Shown: in pieces, positions 17,418-26,767 of the stretch
How positions within the stretch are numbered: position 1 is the stretch's first letter
Layout of the letters: every line of letters begins with the position of its first letter
Assembly: GCA_018712945.1 (NCBI GenBank)
Contig: DVFZ01000085.1
Coordinates: 3,034-67,033, forward strand
From: Candidatus Pullichristensenella stercorigallinarum
GTDB lineage: Bacteria; Bacillota; Clostridia; Christensenellales; Aristaeellaceae
Reading direction: 5' to 3'
Length of the DNA stretch: 64,000 nt
Notes under the pieces: generated by a model
Database searches by the model: none
The model's input: only the letters and a program-made list of their open reading frames with translations
What the model was told of the DNA's origin: nothing
Made by a program: the position numbers and the translations under genes

Positions 17418-18434
17418 ATGGGCATTGGCGCAAAGCTGAGCGCGATTTACCGCCGCGACCGTCATATCTCCCGCCTGATCCTGATGATGGTTGTGTGGGC
17501 GGCGTTTATGGCGATTACGCGCTTTGACAAGTTCTATACGCTCATCAATTTCCAGACAATGGCCTCCCAGTTCCCGGAATTCGGCCTGATGTCCCTGGGC
17601 ATCATGGTATGTATGATTACCGGCGGCATAGACCTTTCCACCGTAGGCGTGGCCAACCTCGTTTCCATCTGCGCAGCCATGTTGATGAAGGGCATGGCGA
17701 ATGAGGAAGGGGAAATTGCCGCCTATGTGATTCCTCTATGCTTTGTGATCGCAATTGCCTTGGGCGCGGTTGCGGGTGCGTTTAATGGATTGTTGATTTC
17801 CAGGATACGCATTCCCCCGATTCTGGCCACACTGGGTACGTCCGAGCTGTTTACAGGCATCGCCATCGTTCTTACCGACGGCAAGGCGGTCAGTAAGTTG
17901 CCGCGCGTGTATTCCAGCACCATCAATTCCAAGATTTTCGGCCTCATTCCCACGCAGCTTGTATTTTTTGCAGTGATGGCCCTGATCCTCTGGTTTTTGC
18001 TTACGCGCACGACCTATGGAACGAAGATATACATGATTGGCACTTCCGCACGGGCGGCGGAGTTTTCCGGCATCCGCATGAGCCTTTTGCTCATCAAGAC
18101 GTATATGCTTTCCGGCATCTGCGCGGCGCTTGGCGGCATGGTGATGCTGGCAAATTACAATTCTGCCCGCGCCGACTATGGCACGGTCTATACGCTGCAA
18201 TGCGTGCTCATTGTCGTGCTCGGCGGCGTCAACCCCAACGGCGGCAGCGGCAAGACTTCCGGGGTCGTGCTGGCGATCTGCCTTTTGCAAATGCTGCAAA
18301 CCGGTATCAACCGCTTCCCGCAGATCTCCAGCTATTATATCTCGCTGATCTGGGGCGGCGTGCTGATTCTGGTCATGGTGCTCAATTACTTTACGGAACA
18401 CAATATCCATCTTTTTAAGCCAAAGCGTTCCTGA
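17418..18434 (+). CDS. sugar ABC transporter permease (second RbsC-like subunit)
   Basis: ATG 8 nt after AAGGAGG, immediately after the upstream stop. Multi-pass membrane protein homologous in layout to the previous one. Confidence 0.85.
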   Translation: MGIGAKLSAIYRRDRHISRLILMMVVWAAFMAITRFDKFYTLINFQTMASQFPEFGLMSLGIMVCMITGGIDLSTVGVANLVSICAAMLMKGMANEEGEIAAYVIPLCFVIAIALGAVAGAFNGLLISRIRIPPILATLGTSELFTGIAIVLTDGKAVSKLPRVYSSTINSKIFGLIPTQLVFFAVMALILWFLLTRTTYGTKIYMIGTSARAAEFSGIRMSLLLIKTYMLSGICAALGGMVMLANYNSARADYGTVYTLQCVLIVVLGGVNPNGGSGKTSGVVLAICLLQMLQTGINRFPQISSYYISLIWGGVLILVMVLNYFTEHNIHLFKPKRS

Positions 18435-18453
18435 GGCGCGGCGGCGCGCCGGG

Positions 18454-18493
18454 GCGGGAAGGTTGTGTCTTTTCCGCTCCGGTCTTTTCTTTT
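18454..18493 (+). terminator. probable terminator of the ABC operon
   Basis: Stem GCGGGAA/TTTCCGC (one G.U pair) followed by a T-rich tract (GGTCTTTTCTTTT). Confidence 0.45.
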
Positions 18494-18547
18494 GGCGCGA
18501 GATGGCGTATAATGAAGAAAATGTCTGATGTAAGGAGGATGGAAATC

Positions 18548-19183
18548 GTGCGCTTTGAGATCCGCACGGAAACAGAGCCGGACTTTCGCGCCGTGGAGGA
18601 ATTGACGCGAGAGGCATTTTGGAACCTGAATACCCCCGGCTGCGAGGAACACTATCTCGCGCACATTTTGCGCACGCACGCGGATTTTCTGCCCGAATTG
18701 GACTTTGTAGCCGTGCATGGCGCGGAGATCATTGGCAACATCATGTACACGCGCTCGCGGGTGGAGGATGTGCCCACCGTCACATTTGGCCCCTTGAGCG
18801 TCCTGCCGGTCTATCAGGGGCAGGGCGTGGGCTCGGCGCTGGTGCGGCATACGCTGCCGCTGTGCCGCGAAATGGGGTTCCGCGCCGTAATTATTTATGG
18901 AAATCCTGCCTACTATGGGCGTTTCGGCTTCCGCGCGGCGCGAGATTTCGATATATGCACCGCCGATAATATGTACGCGGCCGCTTTGCAAGTGCTGGAG
19001 CTGTATCCTGGGGCGCTGGACGGCGTGCATGGGCGCTTTTTTGAAAGCGACGCCTTTGAAACCGACGTGCGCGCGGCCGAGGCATTTGACAAGGATTTCC
19101 CGCGCCGCGAAAAGCGCGAAACGCCCACGCAGCGCGATTTTCAAAAAATCGCCGCCATGCGCGAACCGCGCGGGCGCAAATAG
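18548..19183 (+). CDS. GNAT family N-acetyltransferase
   Basis: Acetyl-CoA motif YQGQGVGSALVRH. GTG at 18548 is 9 nt after AAGGAGG. The ORF-track ATG at 18512 lies inside a TATAAT box (18508-18513), and ATG 18539 abuts the RBS. The start is uncertain. Confidence 0.75.
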   Translation: MRFEIRTETEPDFRAVEELTREAFWNLNTPGCEEHYLAHILRTHADFLPELDFVAVHGAEIIGNIMYTRSRVEDVPTVTFGPLSVLPVYQGQGVGSALVRHTLPLCREMGFRAVIIYGNPAYYGRFGFRAARDFDICTADNMYAAALQVLELYPGALDGVHGRFFESDAFETDVRAAEAFDKDFPRREKRETPTQRDFQKIAAMREPRGRK

Positions 19184-19235
19184 GGGCCGTCCTTCGCGCG
19201 CCAACGACGCCTTAACCCAAATTTCGCCCTGGATT

Positions 19236-19268
19236 GCGCGCGGCGCGCCTTGCCCCGCGCGCGGTTTT
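19236..19268 (+). terminator. GC hairpin with short U-tract after the GNAT gene
   Basis: 8-bp stem GCGCGCGG/CCGCGCGC, then GGTTTT. Confidence 0.4.
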
Positions 19269-19289
19269 CCATTATAATAGAGAATGGAA
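19267..19289 (+). promoter_or_regulatory. -10 box embedded in an inverted repeat upstream of the anti-sigma-like gene
   Basis: TATAAT at 19273-19278 lies inside TTCCATT-N9-AATGGAA (7-bp arms). Confidence 0.4.
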
Positions 19290-19311
19290 TTTTGTGTGGA
19301 GGGATCCAAAG

Positions 19312-19710
19312 ATGCGCGAGGTTCTGCCTGAGGGTGCGATTTCGCTGACCGTGCCGGCCGATAAGTCCATGATGCTCGTCATCCGCCTGACAACGGCGGG
19401 CGTGCTTGCGCGCGCGCGGCTGACTGTGGACGCAATCGACGATATGAAAATGGCCGTCGAAGAAGCCTGCACGCTGATGATTTCGCAGCAGTGCCCGCCC
19501 GGCGCGCTGTGCGTGGAGTTCTTCCGCAAGGATGCGGGGCTGGAAATCCATGTGCACTCCGTGGCCGAGCATCCCTGCCTGTGTGGCATGGATCCCGCCG
19601 AGCTTGAGGTCGTGCGCGCCATTTTGTGTTCTCTTGCGGATGCGGCGGAGATCGACTATCAGGATGGAAAAATACGCAACATATTGCTCACGAAAGAACT
19701 GCGGCCCTGA
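19312..19710 (+). CDS. RsbW/SpoIIAB-like anti-sigma factor homologue with degenerate (non-ATP-binding) HATPase fold
   Basis: ATG 8 nt after GGAGGG. It aligns by eye to SpoIIAB in this window (LTVPADKS..RL..LTVDAIDDMKMAVEEACT versus LDFPAAGK..RL..PTLEELSDVKTAVSEAVTNAI), but the N-box Asn is Leu and no DxGxG or GxGxG boxes are present. Confidence 0.6.
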   Translation: MREVLPEGAISLTVPADKSMMLVIRLTTAGVLARARLTVDAIDDMKMAVEEACTLMISQQCPPGALCVEFFRKDAGLEIHVHSVAEHPCLCGMDPAELEVVRAILCSLADAAEIDYQDGKIRNILLTKELRP

Positions 19711-19727
19711 CGGGGGAGGATTGGCCA

Positions 19728-20495
19728 ATGCGCAACGCGGCGCAGCGCCCTCCCATCGACACGGAGGGGTTGCTCAGAGAATATGCCACCACCGGGAATA
19801 CTGCCATACGCGACCGCGTGGTAGAGGCGCATCTTTATATCGCCTCGATCATCGCCCGTCGCTTTTCCGGGCGCGGCGTGGAATACGACGATTTGTTCCA
19901 GGTAGCCTCGCTTTCGCTGCTCAAATCCATCGAACGCTTTGATCCGGAGCGCGGCGTAAAATTCGCCAGCTTTGTGACGCCGACGATGGTTGGCGAGGTG
20001 AAAAACTATTTCCGCGATCGCTCGCGGTTGATTCGCCTGCCCCGGCGTGGGAGCGAACTGGTGCGCGCGCTGGAAGCGGCAAAAGACGCGCTGCAGCTTG
20101 AGCTTCAGCGTCAGCCGACAGCCGAAGAGCTGGCCGAGCGCACGGGCGCGCCGCTTGAGGATGTGCTTGAGGCGCTGGAAATGCGCGGCGCGCTCAGCCC
20201 CGTATCCTTGGATACGCTGCCCGCGGAGGACGATGAAAGCGCGCCTCTAAGTGCGTTTTTGGGGCAGGAAGAGGCCGGATATGCGGAATTTGAAAAAAAT
20301 GATATGCTGCGCCGGGCGATGGACGCGCTTGACGAGCGGCAGCAGAAGATCATTCGCATGCGCTTTTTTGAGGGAAAGGGGCAACGCGAGGTGGCGCAGG
20401 CCATCGGCGTTTCCCAAATGACCGTTTCGCGCGTGGAACGACAGGCGCTTTCGCGGCTGCGGGAGGCCTTGATGGAAGGAGAGAAACAGGCATGA
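19728..20495 (+). CDS. SigB/SigF/SigG-subfamily RNA polymerase sigma factor
   Basis: ATG 7 nt after GGGGGAGGA. Region 2 YDDLFQVASLSLLKSIERFDPERGVKFASFVTPTMVGEVKNYFRD, region 4 HTH QREVAQAIGVSQMTVSRVE. Confidence 0.9.
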   Translation: MRNAAQRPPIDTEGLLREYATTGNTAIRDRVVEAHLYIASIIARRFSGRGVEYDDLFQVASLSLLKSIERFDPERGVKFASFVTPTMVGEVKNYFRDRSRLIRLPRRGSELVRALEAAKDALQLELQRQPTAEELAERTGAPLEDVLEALEMRGALSPVSLDTLPAEDDESAPLSAFLGQEEAGYAEFEKNDMLRRAMDALDERQQKIIRMRFFEGKGQREVAQAIGVSQMTVSRVERQALSRLREALMEGEKQA

Positions 20496-21304
20496 AAATC
20501 GGTTTTATCGGCTCTGGAAACATGGGCGGGGCAATTGCTCGCGGCATTGTGAAAAGCGGCGTGGTCAAGGGGGAGGAAGTATTCCTGTATGACGTAAATC
20601 CCGCTGCCTCCGAGGCGCTTGCGCGCGATATCGGGGGAAAGGCCGTCAAAACCGCGGCGGAACTGACCGATGCGGCGCAGATTTTTGTGCTGGCGGTAAA
20701 GCCTGTTTATGTCAAGGACGCACTGCGCGCTTGCGGCGACGGCTTGAAAGATAAGGCGGTTGTCTCCATCGTTGCCGGCTTGACCGGTACGGCGCTTGCG
20801 CGTCAGTTGCCGGCGGGCGCGCGTTGCTTGCAGACTATGCCCAACACGCCGGCGATGGTCAACGAAGGCGTCACCGCGCTGTGCGAGGAAAACACGCTCA
20901 CAGAGGAAGAAATGGCTTTCGTGCGCCGCATGTTCGAGTCTATTGGCCGCGTGTTCGTCCTGCCCGCACGCCTGATTGAGGCTGAATCCGCCGTGGCGGG
21001 AAGCGGCCCGGCCTATGCCGCCATGTTTATCGAGGCCATGGCCGATGGCGGCGTACTGCTTGGCCTGCCCCGGGCGCAGGCAATGCAAATGGCGGCGCAG
21101 ACGCTGATTGGCACGGCGAAAATGATGCTCGAAAGCGGCAGGCATCCCGGCGCGATCAAGGACATGGTCTGTTCGCCCGGCGGCACAACCATCGAGGCCG
21201 TGCGCGCGCTGGAGAAAGGCGCGTTCCGTTCGGATGTGATTGAAGCCGTGGTCGCGGCGGGCGAAAAAGCGCTCGCCATCAAACGCGAAACCGAGAAGGG
21301 ATAA
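20492..21304 (+). CDS. proC: pyrroline-5-carboxylate reductase
   Basis: MKIGFIGSGNMGGAIARGI Rossmann start and the C-terminal PGGTTIEA motif. ATGA overlap with the sigma gene. Confidence 0.9.
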   Translation: MKIGFIGSGNMGGAIARGIVKSGVVKGEEVFLYDVNPAASEALARDIGGKAVKTAAELTDAAQIFVLAVKPVYVKDALRACGDGLKDKAVVSIVAGLTGTALARQLPAGARCLQTMPNTPAMVNEGVTALCEENTLTEEEMAFVRRMFESIGRVFVLPARLIEAESAVAGSGPAYAAMFIEAMADGGVLLGLPRAQAMQMAAQTLIGTAKMMLESGRHPGAIKDMVCSPGGTTIEAVRALEKGAFRSDVIEAVVAAGEKALAIKRETEKG

Positions 21305-22438
21305 ATGCCGTCTATGAAGTGGATCGCAAGCGCCGCCTTCGGGCTGGAAGGCATGACAGGGCGCGACCTGAAGCGCCTCGGGGCAGAAAATGTGCGCGTC
21401 ATGGACATTGGCGGAGCAATGTTTGAAGGCGGTTTCGAAACCGCCTTTCAGGCCAACCTCTGGTTGCGTACCGCGGATCGCGTGCTTTTGTGCATGGGCC
21501 AGTTTGAGGCGCGCTCGTTCGAGGAGCTTTTTCAGGGCGTCCGGGCGCTGCCATGGGAGGAGTTTTTGCCCAAGGACGCGCGCTTTCCGGTGCGCGCCAA
21601 GTGTGTGCGCTCTACCCTGATGAGCCCTTCGGATGTGCAGAAGATCGTCAAGCGCGCCGTGGTCGAACGCCTCAAGGGCGTCTATAAAGAAGACTGGTTC
21701 AGCGAAACCGGAGCGCTGTTTCAAATTGACGTCGGCATTCGCAGCGACGTTGTCACTATCTGCATTGACGCCTCCGGCGAACCGCTTTCGAAGCGCGGCT
21801 ACCGCACTTGGAATGGCGAAGCGCCCCTGCGGGAAACGCTGGCGGCGGCGTTGGTTTTGCAAAGCGGATGGCATCCGTGGCAACGGCTGTACGATCCCTG
21901 TTGCGGCACGGGCACGATCCTCATTGAGGCGGCCTTTATCGCCCTGAACCGCGCTCCCGGTCTTACGCGCGCCTTTGCCATGGAGCAGTGGCCATGCGCG
22001 CCGCATGAAGCGCTGGAGAGCTTGCGCGCCGAGGCTCGGCAAAAGTATGAGGAATGCAGACAGCGCCCCCTCCACGTCGCTGGTTCGGATATCGACCCTG
22101 AGGCCATAGAGCTGGCCCGCCGCCACATCCGGCAGGCTGGGCTTGCCGGCCGCATTGATGTTTCTGTACTGGATATGCGCGATGTGACGCTTTCCGGCGA
22201 ACCGGGCGTATTCATTGCCAATCCGCCCTATGGCGAGCGGCTGGACAACACGCGGGCCGCGCATGCCGTCGCCCGCCAACTCGGAGCCCTGCAAAAGCGC
22301 TGCCCGGGCTGGACGCTATGCGCCTTTTCCGCGGACATGGGCTTTGAACGCATGTACGGCCGGCGCGCTACGCGCCGCAGACGTTACTATAACGGCAGAA
22401 TTGAATGCGAGTACCACATTTTTGAAGACCGCCATTGA
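21305..22438 (+). CDS. THUMP domain class I SAM-dependent RNA methyltransferase (RlmL/YpsC-like)
   Basis: N-terminal THUMP-like region, DPCCGTGTILIEA SAM motif, ANPPYGERL motif IV. Confidence 0.85.
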   Translation: MPSMKWIASAAFGLEGMTGRDLKRLGAENVRVMDIGGAMFEGGFETAFQANLWLRTADRVLLCMGQFEARSFEELFQGVRALPWEEFLPKDARFPVRAKCVRSTLMSPSDVQKIVKRAVVERLKGVYKEDWFSETGALFQIDVGIRSDVVTICIDASGEPLSKRGYRTWNGEAPLRETLAAALVLQSGWHPWQRLYDPCCGTGTILIEAAFIALNRAPGLTRAFAMEQWPCAPHEALESLRAEARQKYEECRQRPLHVAGSDIDPEAIELARRHIRQAGLAGRIDVSVLDMRDVTLSGEPGVFIANPPYGERLDNTRAAHAVARQLGALQKRCPGWTLCAFSADMGFERMYGRRATRRRRYYNGRIECEYHIFEDRH

Positions 22439-22451
22439 CGAGGTGTAACCG

Positions 22452-24338
22452 ATGAAATCCATCTTCAACCGCGCGCCGCTGCTTCCCAACACATGTACGC
22501 CGCTTTCGCCGGGCGCGATCCGTCCCGAGGGCTGGCTGGGCGCGCAACTCAGGGCCTTTGAAGCGGCCGTTTGCGCGGATTTGCCGCGGCTTTTCCAGGG
22601 CGAAGGCGGCTGGGAACGAGAATTATATGCCTTTGAAACGATCGTCGCCTTGGCGTGGACGCTGGAAAACGACGCGCTCAAGGAAGAAGCTGCGTACCGC
22701 GCCGAGGCCATCCTTTCTTCGCAAAATGAGGAAGGCTGGTTTGGCCCGGAGGGGGATAGGGATTATTGGCCGCGTATACTGGCATTGCGCGCGCTTCGCC
22801 TCTATTTCGAGGCGACGGCCGACCGCAATGTGCTCAAATTTATGGACGCATTTTTCAAATACCAGTATCGCACCTTTGCCACGCACCCGCTCAATGACCT
22901 GGCGGTGGCGCGTGGTGGAGACAATATCCTTCTGGCACTGTGGCTATACAATATCACCGGCCAGTCGTACCTAGTTGAGTTATGCCGCCGCCTGCGCGAG
23001 CAAACGCTGGATTGGCCGAACTATTTTCACACGTTCCCCAATGCCCAGCCCCTGAGCCGCTCCCTGCGTTGGCCGCGCCTCAAGGAAGCGCTTTATGAGG
23101 AAAAGGCCGAGCCGTTGGAAGGAGAGCACCGCCCTTACTTCCACACCCAGTATCAGCTCACCAACGGCGAAAATATCGCCGTCGGCCTGCGCACGCCGGG
23201 AGCCATCAACCTGTTCAAAAGCGGCTTCAAGGAGCAGGGGGGCTTCCGCTTCGGTTGGGAAAAGCTGATGAAATATCATGGCGTGGCCTATGGCATGTTT
23301 ACCGCCGACAACCACTTGAATGGCTCCAGTCCCACGCAGGGCACGACGCTCACCGCCGTGGCGGAAATGCTTTCCACATTGGAAACGCTGGCGGGAATGG
23401 GGGAAATGTCCCGCGAAATCCCCGACATCTTTGAAAAGATTGCTTTCAACGTCTTGCCGGCCGCCTATTCCCAGGATATGCGCCGCGTGCAGCGCCTGGA
23501 GCAGGCCAATCAGATGCTTATTTCCGAGGAAGAACGCGCGTTTTATAACGCTGAGCCGGACGCGCTGCTTTATCAGCCGCCGTTTTCCTTCGAGGCCGTG
23601 CGCGCACTAGGCGCGTGGCCAAAGCTGGTGAACCATCTCTGGTACGCGACGTCCGACGGCGGGCTTTGGGCGATGAGCTATGCGCCCTGCTGCGTGCGCG
23701 CGCGCCTGATGGATGTGCCGGTGCGCTTGCATGTTTCTGGCGGGTATCCCTTCCGGGATACGGTGCGTTTGGAAGTGGCGGTCAAGCGTCCGGTAGAGTT
23801 TCCGCTTTATTTGCGCATGCCTGCCTGGGCGCGCCAACCGATGATCTATCTTCCCGATGGCGAAATCATGCAGGTGCGCGCGGGCGAAACTGCCTGTGTG
23901 CGCCGCCGCTGGCAGTCTGGCGACGAGGTTCGCCTGGAGTTGAGCGCCAGTCCGCATGTAAGCCGTGGTTGGTATCACCAGTCTGCAGCCGTGGAAATGG
24001 GGCCGCTGCTGATGGCTTTGGCCCCGGAAACGCATGAGGGTGAAGGCGGTTGCATCGAAACGGCCGAGGAATGGGGCTGGGCGCTGGTGCGCGATGAGCC
24101 GATGAAAGCGGTGCGCACGGGCGAAGCCGAAGCGCCGTTCAAGACCGGCGAGCCGCCGCTCAAGGTGCTGGCAAAGGCTGTGCCCGTCGAATGGAAGCTA
24201 AGTGGCGCAAGCAGCGCCCCTGTGCCCATCTTGCCGCGCCTGAATGCCCGCGAAACCTATACGATTGAACTGGTGCCCTTTGGTTGGACGGATCTGCGCA
24301 TCGCGCAATTTCCCATCGGAGAATTGCGTCAGGAATGA
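22452..24338 (+). CDS. DUF1680 / glycoside hydrolase family 127-like protein (beta-L-arabinofuranosidase-like)
   Basis: 628 aa. The N-terminal LSPGAIRPEGWLGAQL and central YAPCC...LYLRMPAWA strings resemble the GH127 family. Assigned by pattern memory only. Confidence 0.55.
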   Translation: MKSIFNRAPLLPNTCTPLSPGAIRPEGWLGAQLRAFEAAVCADLPRLFQGEGGWERELYAFETIVALAWTLENDALKEEAAYRAEAILSSQNEEGWFGPEGDRDYWPRILALRALRLYFEATADRNVLKFMDAFFKYQYRTFATHPLNDLAVARGGDNILLALWLYNITGQSYLVELCRRLREQTLDWPNYFHTFPNAQPLSRSLRWPRLKEALYEEKAEPLEGEHRPYFHTQYQLTNGENIAVGLRTPGAINLFKSGFKEQGGFRFGWEKLMKYHGVAYGMFTADNHLNGSSPTQGTTLTAVAEMLSTLETLAGMGEMSREIPDIFEKIAFNVLPAAYSQDMRRVQRLEQANQMLISEEERAFYNAEPDALLYQPPFSFEAVRALGAWPKLVNHLWYATSDGGLWAMSYAPCCVRARLMDVPVRLHVSGGYPFRDTVRLEVAVKRPVEFPLYLRMPAWARQPMIYLPDGEIMQVRAGETACVRRRWQSGDEVRLELSASPHVSRGWYHQSAAVEMGPLLMALAPETHEGEGGCIETAEEWGWALVRDEPMKAVRTGEAEAPFKTGEPPLKVLAKAVPVEWKLSGASSAPVPILPRLNARETYTIELVPFGWTDLRIAQFPIGELRQE

Positions 24339-24375
24339 CTTGAAAGGTTGACAGGACCAGCAGGGAGGAAGGGCA

Positions 24376-24594
24376 ATGGAGAATCAGCATCAGCAATATG
24401 TATGCCCCAAATGCGGCTGCACGGAATTTGAGCACGACCAGTTCCAGGCCACGGGTGGCAACTTTGCCAAGATCTTCGATATTCAAAACAAGCGCTTCAT
24501 TACCATAAGCTGCGCGCGGTGTGGTTATACGGAACTTTACCGCGCCGCTTCGTCGGATGGTTGGAATATACTCGATTTTCTGACGAACGGCTAA
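24376..24594 (+). CDS. zinc-ribbon domain protein (72 aa)
   Basis: Two CxxC pairs (CPKCGC, CARCGY). RBS GGGAGGAAGGG. Confidence 0.7.
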   Translation: MENQHQQYVCPKCGCTEFEHDQFQATGGNFAKIFDIQNKRFITISCARCGYTELYRAASSDGWNILDFLTNG

Positions 24595-24610
24595 GCGCGG
24601 AGGTGAAAGC

Positions 24611-25297
24611 GTGAACGGCGGCCAATACGCGCTCTTGGATGCTTATATGCGCAAGCGCATGCGCGATTGCGATAGCGCGCACGACTGCGAACACGTCTAT
24701 CGCGTGTTGGGCGTGGCGCTGGATATTGCACAAAGCGAACAGGACGTCAATATAGACGTCCTGATTGCCGCGTGCCTCTTGCACGACATCGCCCGTCCTG
24801 ACCAACTGCGCGATCACCGCGTTTGCCACGCTGAGGCCGGCGCGAAAAAGGCGAAAAGATTCCTCAAAAAGAACGGCTTTGGCAATGCTTTTGCCCGCCA
24901 TGTTGCCGACTGCGTGCGCACACACCGCTTCCGCAAAGGCGGCGAACCATCAAGCATCGAAGCAAAGATACTCTTTGATGCGGATAAGATCGACGTATGC
25001 GGCGCGACGGGGATCGCCCGCACTCTGTTTTATCAGGGGAGGCTTGGAGAACCCATGTATGCCTGCCTTGCCGATGGTTCCATCTCTGATGGAACGGGGG
25101 ATAAGGCCAAGACGTTTTTCGGCGAATACAAGTACAAGCTGGAAAATATCCGCGAGCGCCTGTTCACGTCCCGTGGCCGGGAAATCACCCGCGAACGGCA
25201 AAAAACGGCAGATGCGTTTTACCAGAGCATGCTCGCCGAAGTGCGCGCCTCCCGCGAAAAAGGCTGCGCCTTGCTTGAACAAGCCCTGGAACGCTGA
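24611..25297 (+). CDS. HD domain phosphohydrolase
   Basis: GTG start after GGAGGTG. H...LLHDIARP...H...FDADKID metal-binding pattern. Confidence 0.8.
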   Translation: MNGGQYALLDAYMRKRMRDCDSAHDCEHVYRVLGVALDIAQSEQDVNIDVLIAACLLHDIARPDQLRDHRVCHAEAGAKKAKRFLKKNGFGNAFARHVADCVRTHRFRKGGEPSSIEAKILFDADKIDVCGATGIARTLFYQGRLGEPMYACLADGSISDGTGDKAKTFFGEYKYKLENIRERLFTSRGREITRERQKTADAFYQSMLAEVRASREKGCALLEQALER

Positions 25298-25480
25298 GCG
25301 CTTGGCGCTGTTTAAGGCCTTTGCGCTTTGCAGGCGCACGCTTAACGGTTTTACAGAATATAACAAGAAATCTCTTGACGCTGTACAAAAACTTGCGGTA
25401 CTCTTTAAACACGCGTGGTCGCGGCGGCACACCGCCGGTGGCCGCTTTGCGCTGACCGGCAGATACAAGGAGGAAAAAAC

Positions 25481-26602
25481 ATGGAAAAGGCAACCGTTTA
25501 TTTCACGGATTTCCGCTGCCCTGTGGGAACCAGCCAGCTCGATAAACTGCGCAAACTGTGCATTACGGCCGGCATGCGCGATATTGATATGGAAGGCAAA
25601 TTCGTGGCCATCAAAATGCATTTTGGTGAATTGGGCAATCTCGCCTTTTTGCGCCCGAACTATGCGAAAGTGATCGCCGATCTCTGCAAGGAGAAGGGCG
25701 GCTTGCCTTTTTTGACCGATTGCAACACGCTCTATCCTGGCAGCCGTAAAAATGCCCTGGAGCACATGGACTGCGCCAATCTCAATGGTTTTAACACCAT
25801 CACCACAGGCTGTCAGATTATCATTGGCGATGGCCTGCGCGGAACGGATGAGGTGGAAGTGCCCGTTGTGAACGGCGAATACTGCAAAACAGCCAAGATT
25901 GGCCGCGCTATTATGGATGCGGATATCGTCATCAGCCTTACGCACTTCAAGGGGCACGAGGCCACCGGCTTTGGCGGGGCAATCAAGAATTTGGGCATGG
26001 GTTGCGGAAGTCGTGCCGGAAAGATGGATCAGCATAAAAGCGGTAAGCCTGCCATTGATGAGAACCTCTGCCGCGGCTGCCGCCGTTGCGCCCGCGAATG
26101 TGGCAGCGACGCGATCTCCTATGAAAACGGCAAAGCGGTCATTGATTACGATAAGTGTAAGGGCTGCGGCCGCTGCATTGGCGCTTGCAGCTTTGACGCG
26201 GTCTACAACCCCAACGACAGCGCCAATGAGCTGCTCGATCGCAAGATGGCGGAATACGCGCAGGCCGTGTGCCATGGCCGTCCCTGTTTCCATGTGGCGC
26301 TGGTTCGGGATATCAGCCCCAACTGCGATTGCCATGGCGAAAACGATGTGCCAATCCTGCCGGACGTCGGCATGTTTGCCAGTTTCGACCCGGTGGCGTT
26401 GGATCAGGCCTGCGCGGACGCCTGCCTGAAGGCGACGCCGATCGCCAACAGCCAGCTTGGTGAGAATCTTGCCCGCGCGGACTGGCATTGCCACCATGAT
26501 CATTTCAAAGATTCCAACCCCAATATCGAATGGGAAGCCACGTTGGATCAGGGCGAAAAGATTGGTCTTGGCAGCCGTGAATACACTTTGAAGAAGATTT
26601 GA
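25481..26602 (+). CDS. DUF362 domain protein with 2x[4Fe-4S] ferredoxin insert
   Basis: ATG after AAGGAGGAAAA. Two Cys clusters, CRGCRRCARECGS and CKGCGRCIGAC. DUF362-like HFKGHE/GFGGAIKNLGMG. Confidence 0.8.
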   Translation: MEKATVYFTDFRCPVGTSQLDKLRKLCITAGMRDIDMEGKFVAIKMHFGELGNLAFLRPNYAKVIADLCKEKGGLPFLTDCNTLYPGSRKNALEHMDCANLNGFNTITTGCQIIIGDGLRGTDEVEVPVVNGEYCKTAKIGRAIMDADIVISLTHFKGHEATGFGGAIKNLGMGCGSRAGKMDQHKSGKPAIDENLCRGCRRCARECGSDAISYENGKAVIDYDKCKGCGRCIGACSFDAVYNPNDSANELLDRKMAEYAQAVCHGRPCFHVALVRDISPNCDCHGENDVPILPDVGMFASFDPVALDQACADACLKATPIANSQLGENLARADWHCHHDHFKDSNPNIEWEATLDQGEKIGLGSREYTLKKI

Positions 26603-26642
26603 TGCTCGAAGCAGAGAAGCGTATTACCAAATAGCAAAGCGG

Positions 26643-26708
26643 GGAAAGGCTGTCAAGGGCAGAAACGCGAAGTTTATCCTTGATGGCTTTTCCTCTGCCT
26701 TTTATTAT
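26643..26708 (+). terminator. long hairpin plus T-tract after the DUF362 gene
   Basis: 16-bp stem (three G.U pairs) GGAAAGGCTGTCAAGG/CCTTGATGGCTTTTCC, then TCTGCCTTTTATTAT. Confidence 0.45.
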
Positions 26709-26767
26709 CCCTCACGGGAATCCAATCGCGGAACTTCCCGCCGCTTCTGAACAAACGCATTTTGGGA

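Noticed and set aside
20111-22294. 727-aa minus-strand ORF spanning the sigma factor, proC and methyltransferase genes
   Set aside because: It crosses three independently well-supported plus-strand genes, has no RBS and no recognisable domain. It is a high-GC antisense artefact.
25390-25480. GC-rich structured leader (GGCGG-caca-CCGCC and flanking pairings) upstream of the DUF362/ferredoxin gene, considered as a riboswitch
   Set aside because: It is only about 80 nt and I cannot match it to any riboswitch class consensus from memory. There is no obvious terminator/antiterminator alternative. An Rfam scan would settle it.
24950-26503. 517-aa minus-strand ORF opposite the HD and DUF362 genes. 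The same applies to 41374-42744 (-), 43083-44633 (+), 50135-51616 (-), 52467-53897 (-), 54074-54988 (-) and 57203-58357 (-)
   Set aside because: All are antisense to genes with unmistakable family signatures (ClpC, PBP1A, radical SAM, RNase G, MiaB, MutS). Their compositions are dominated by R/A/G/H/L, as expected from reverse-complemented GC3-rich codons.
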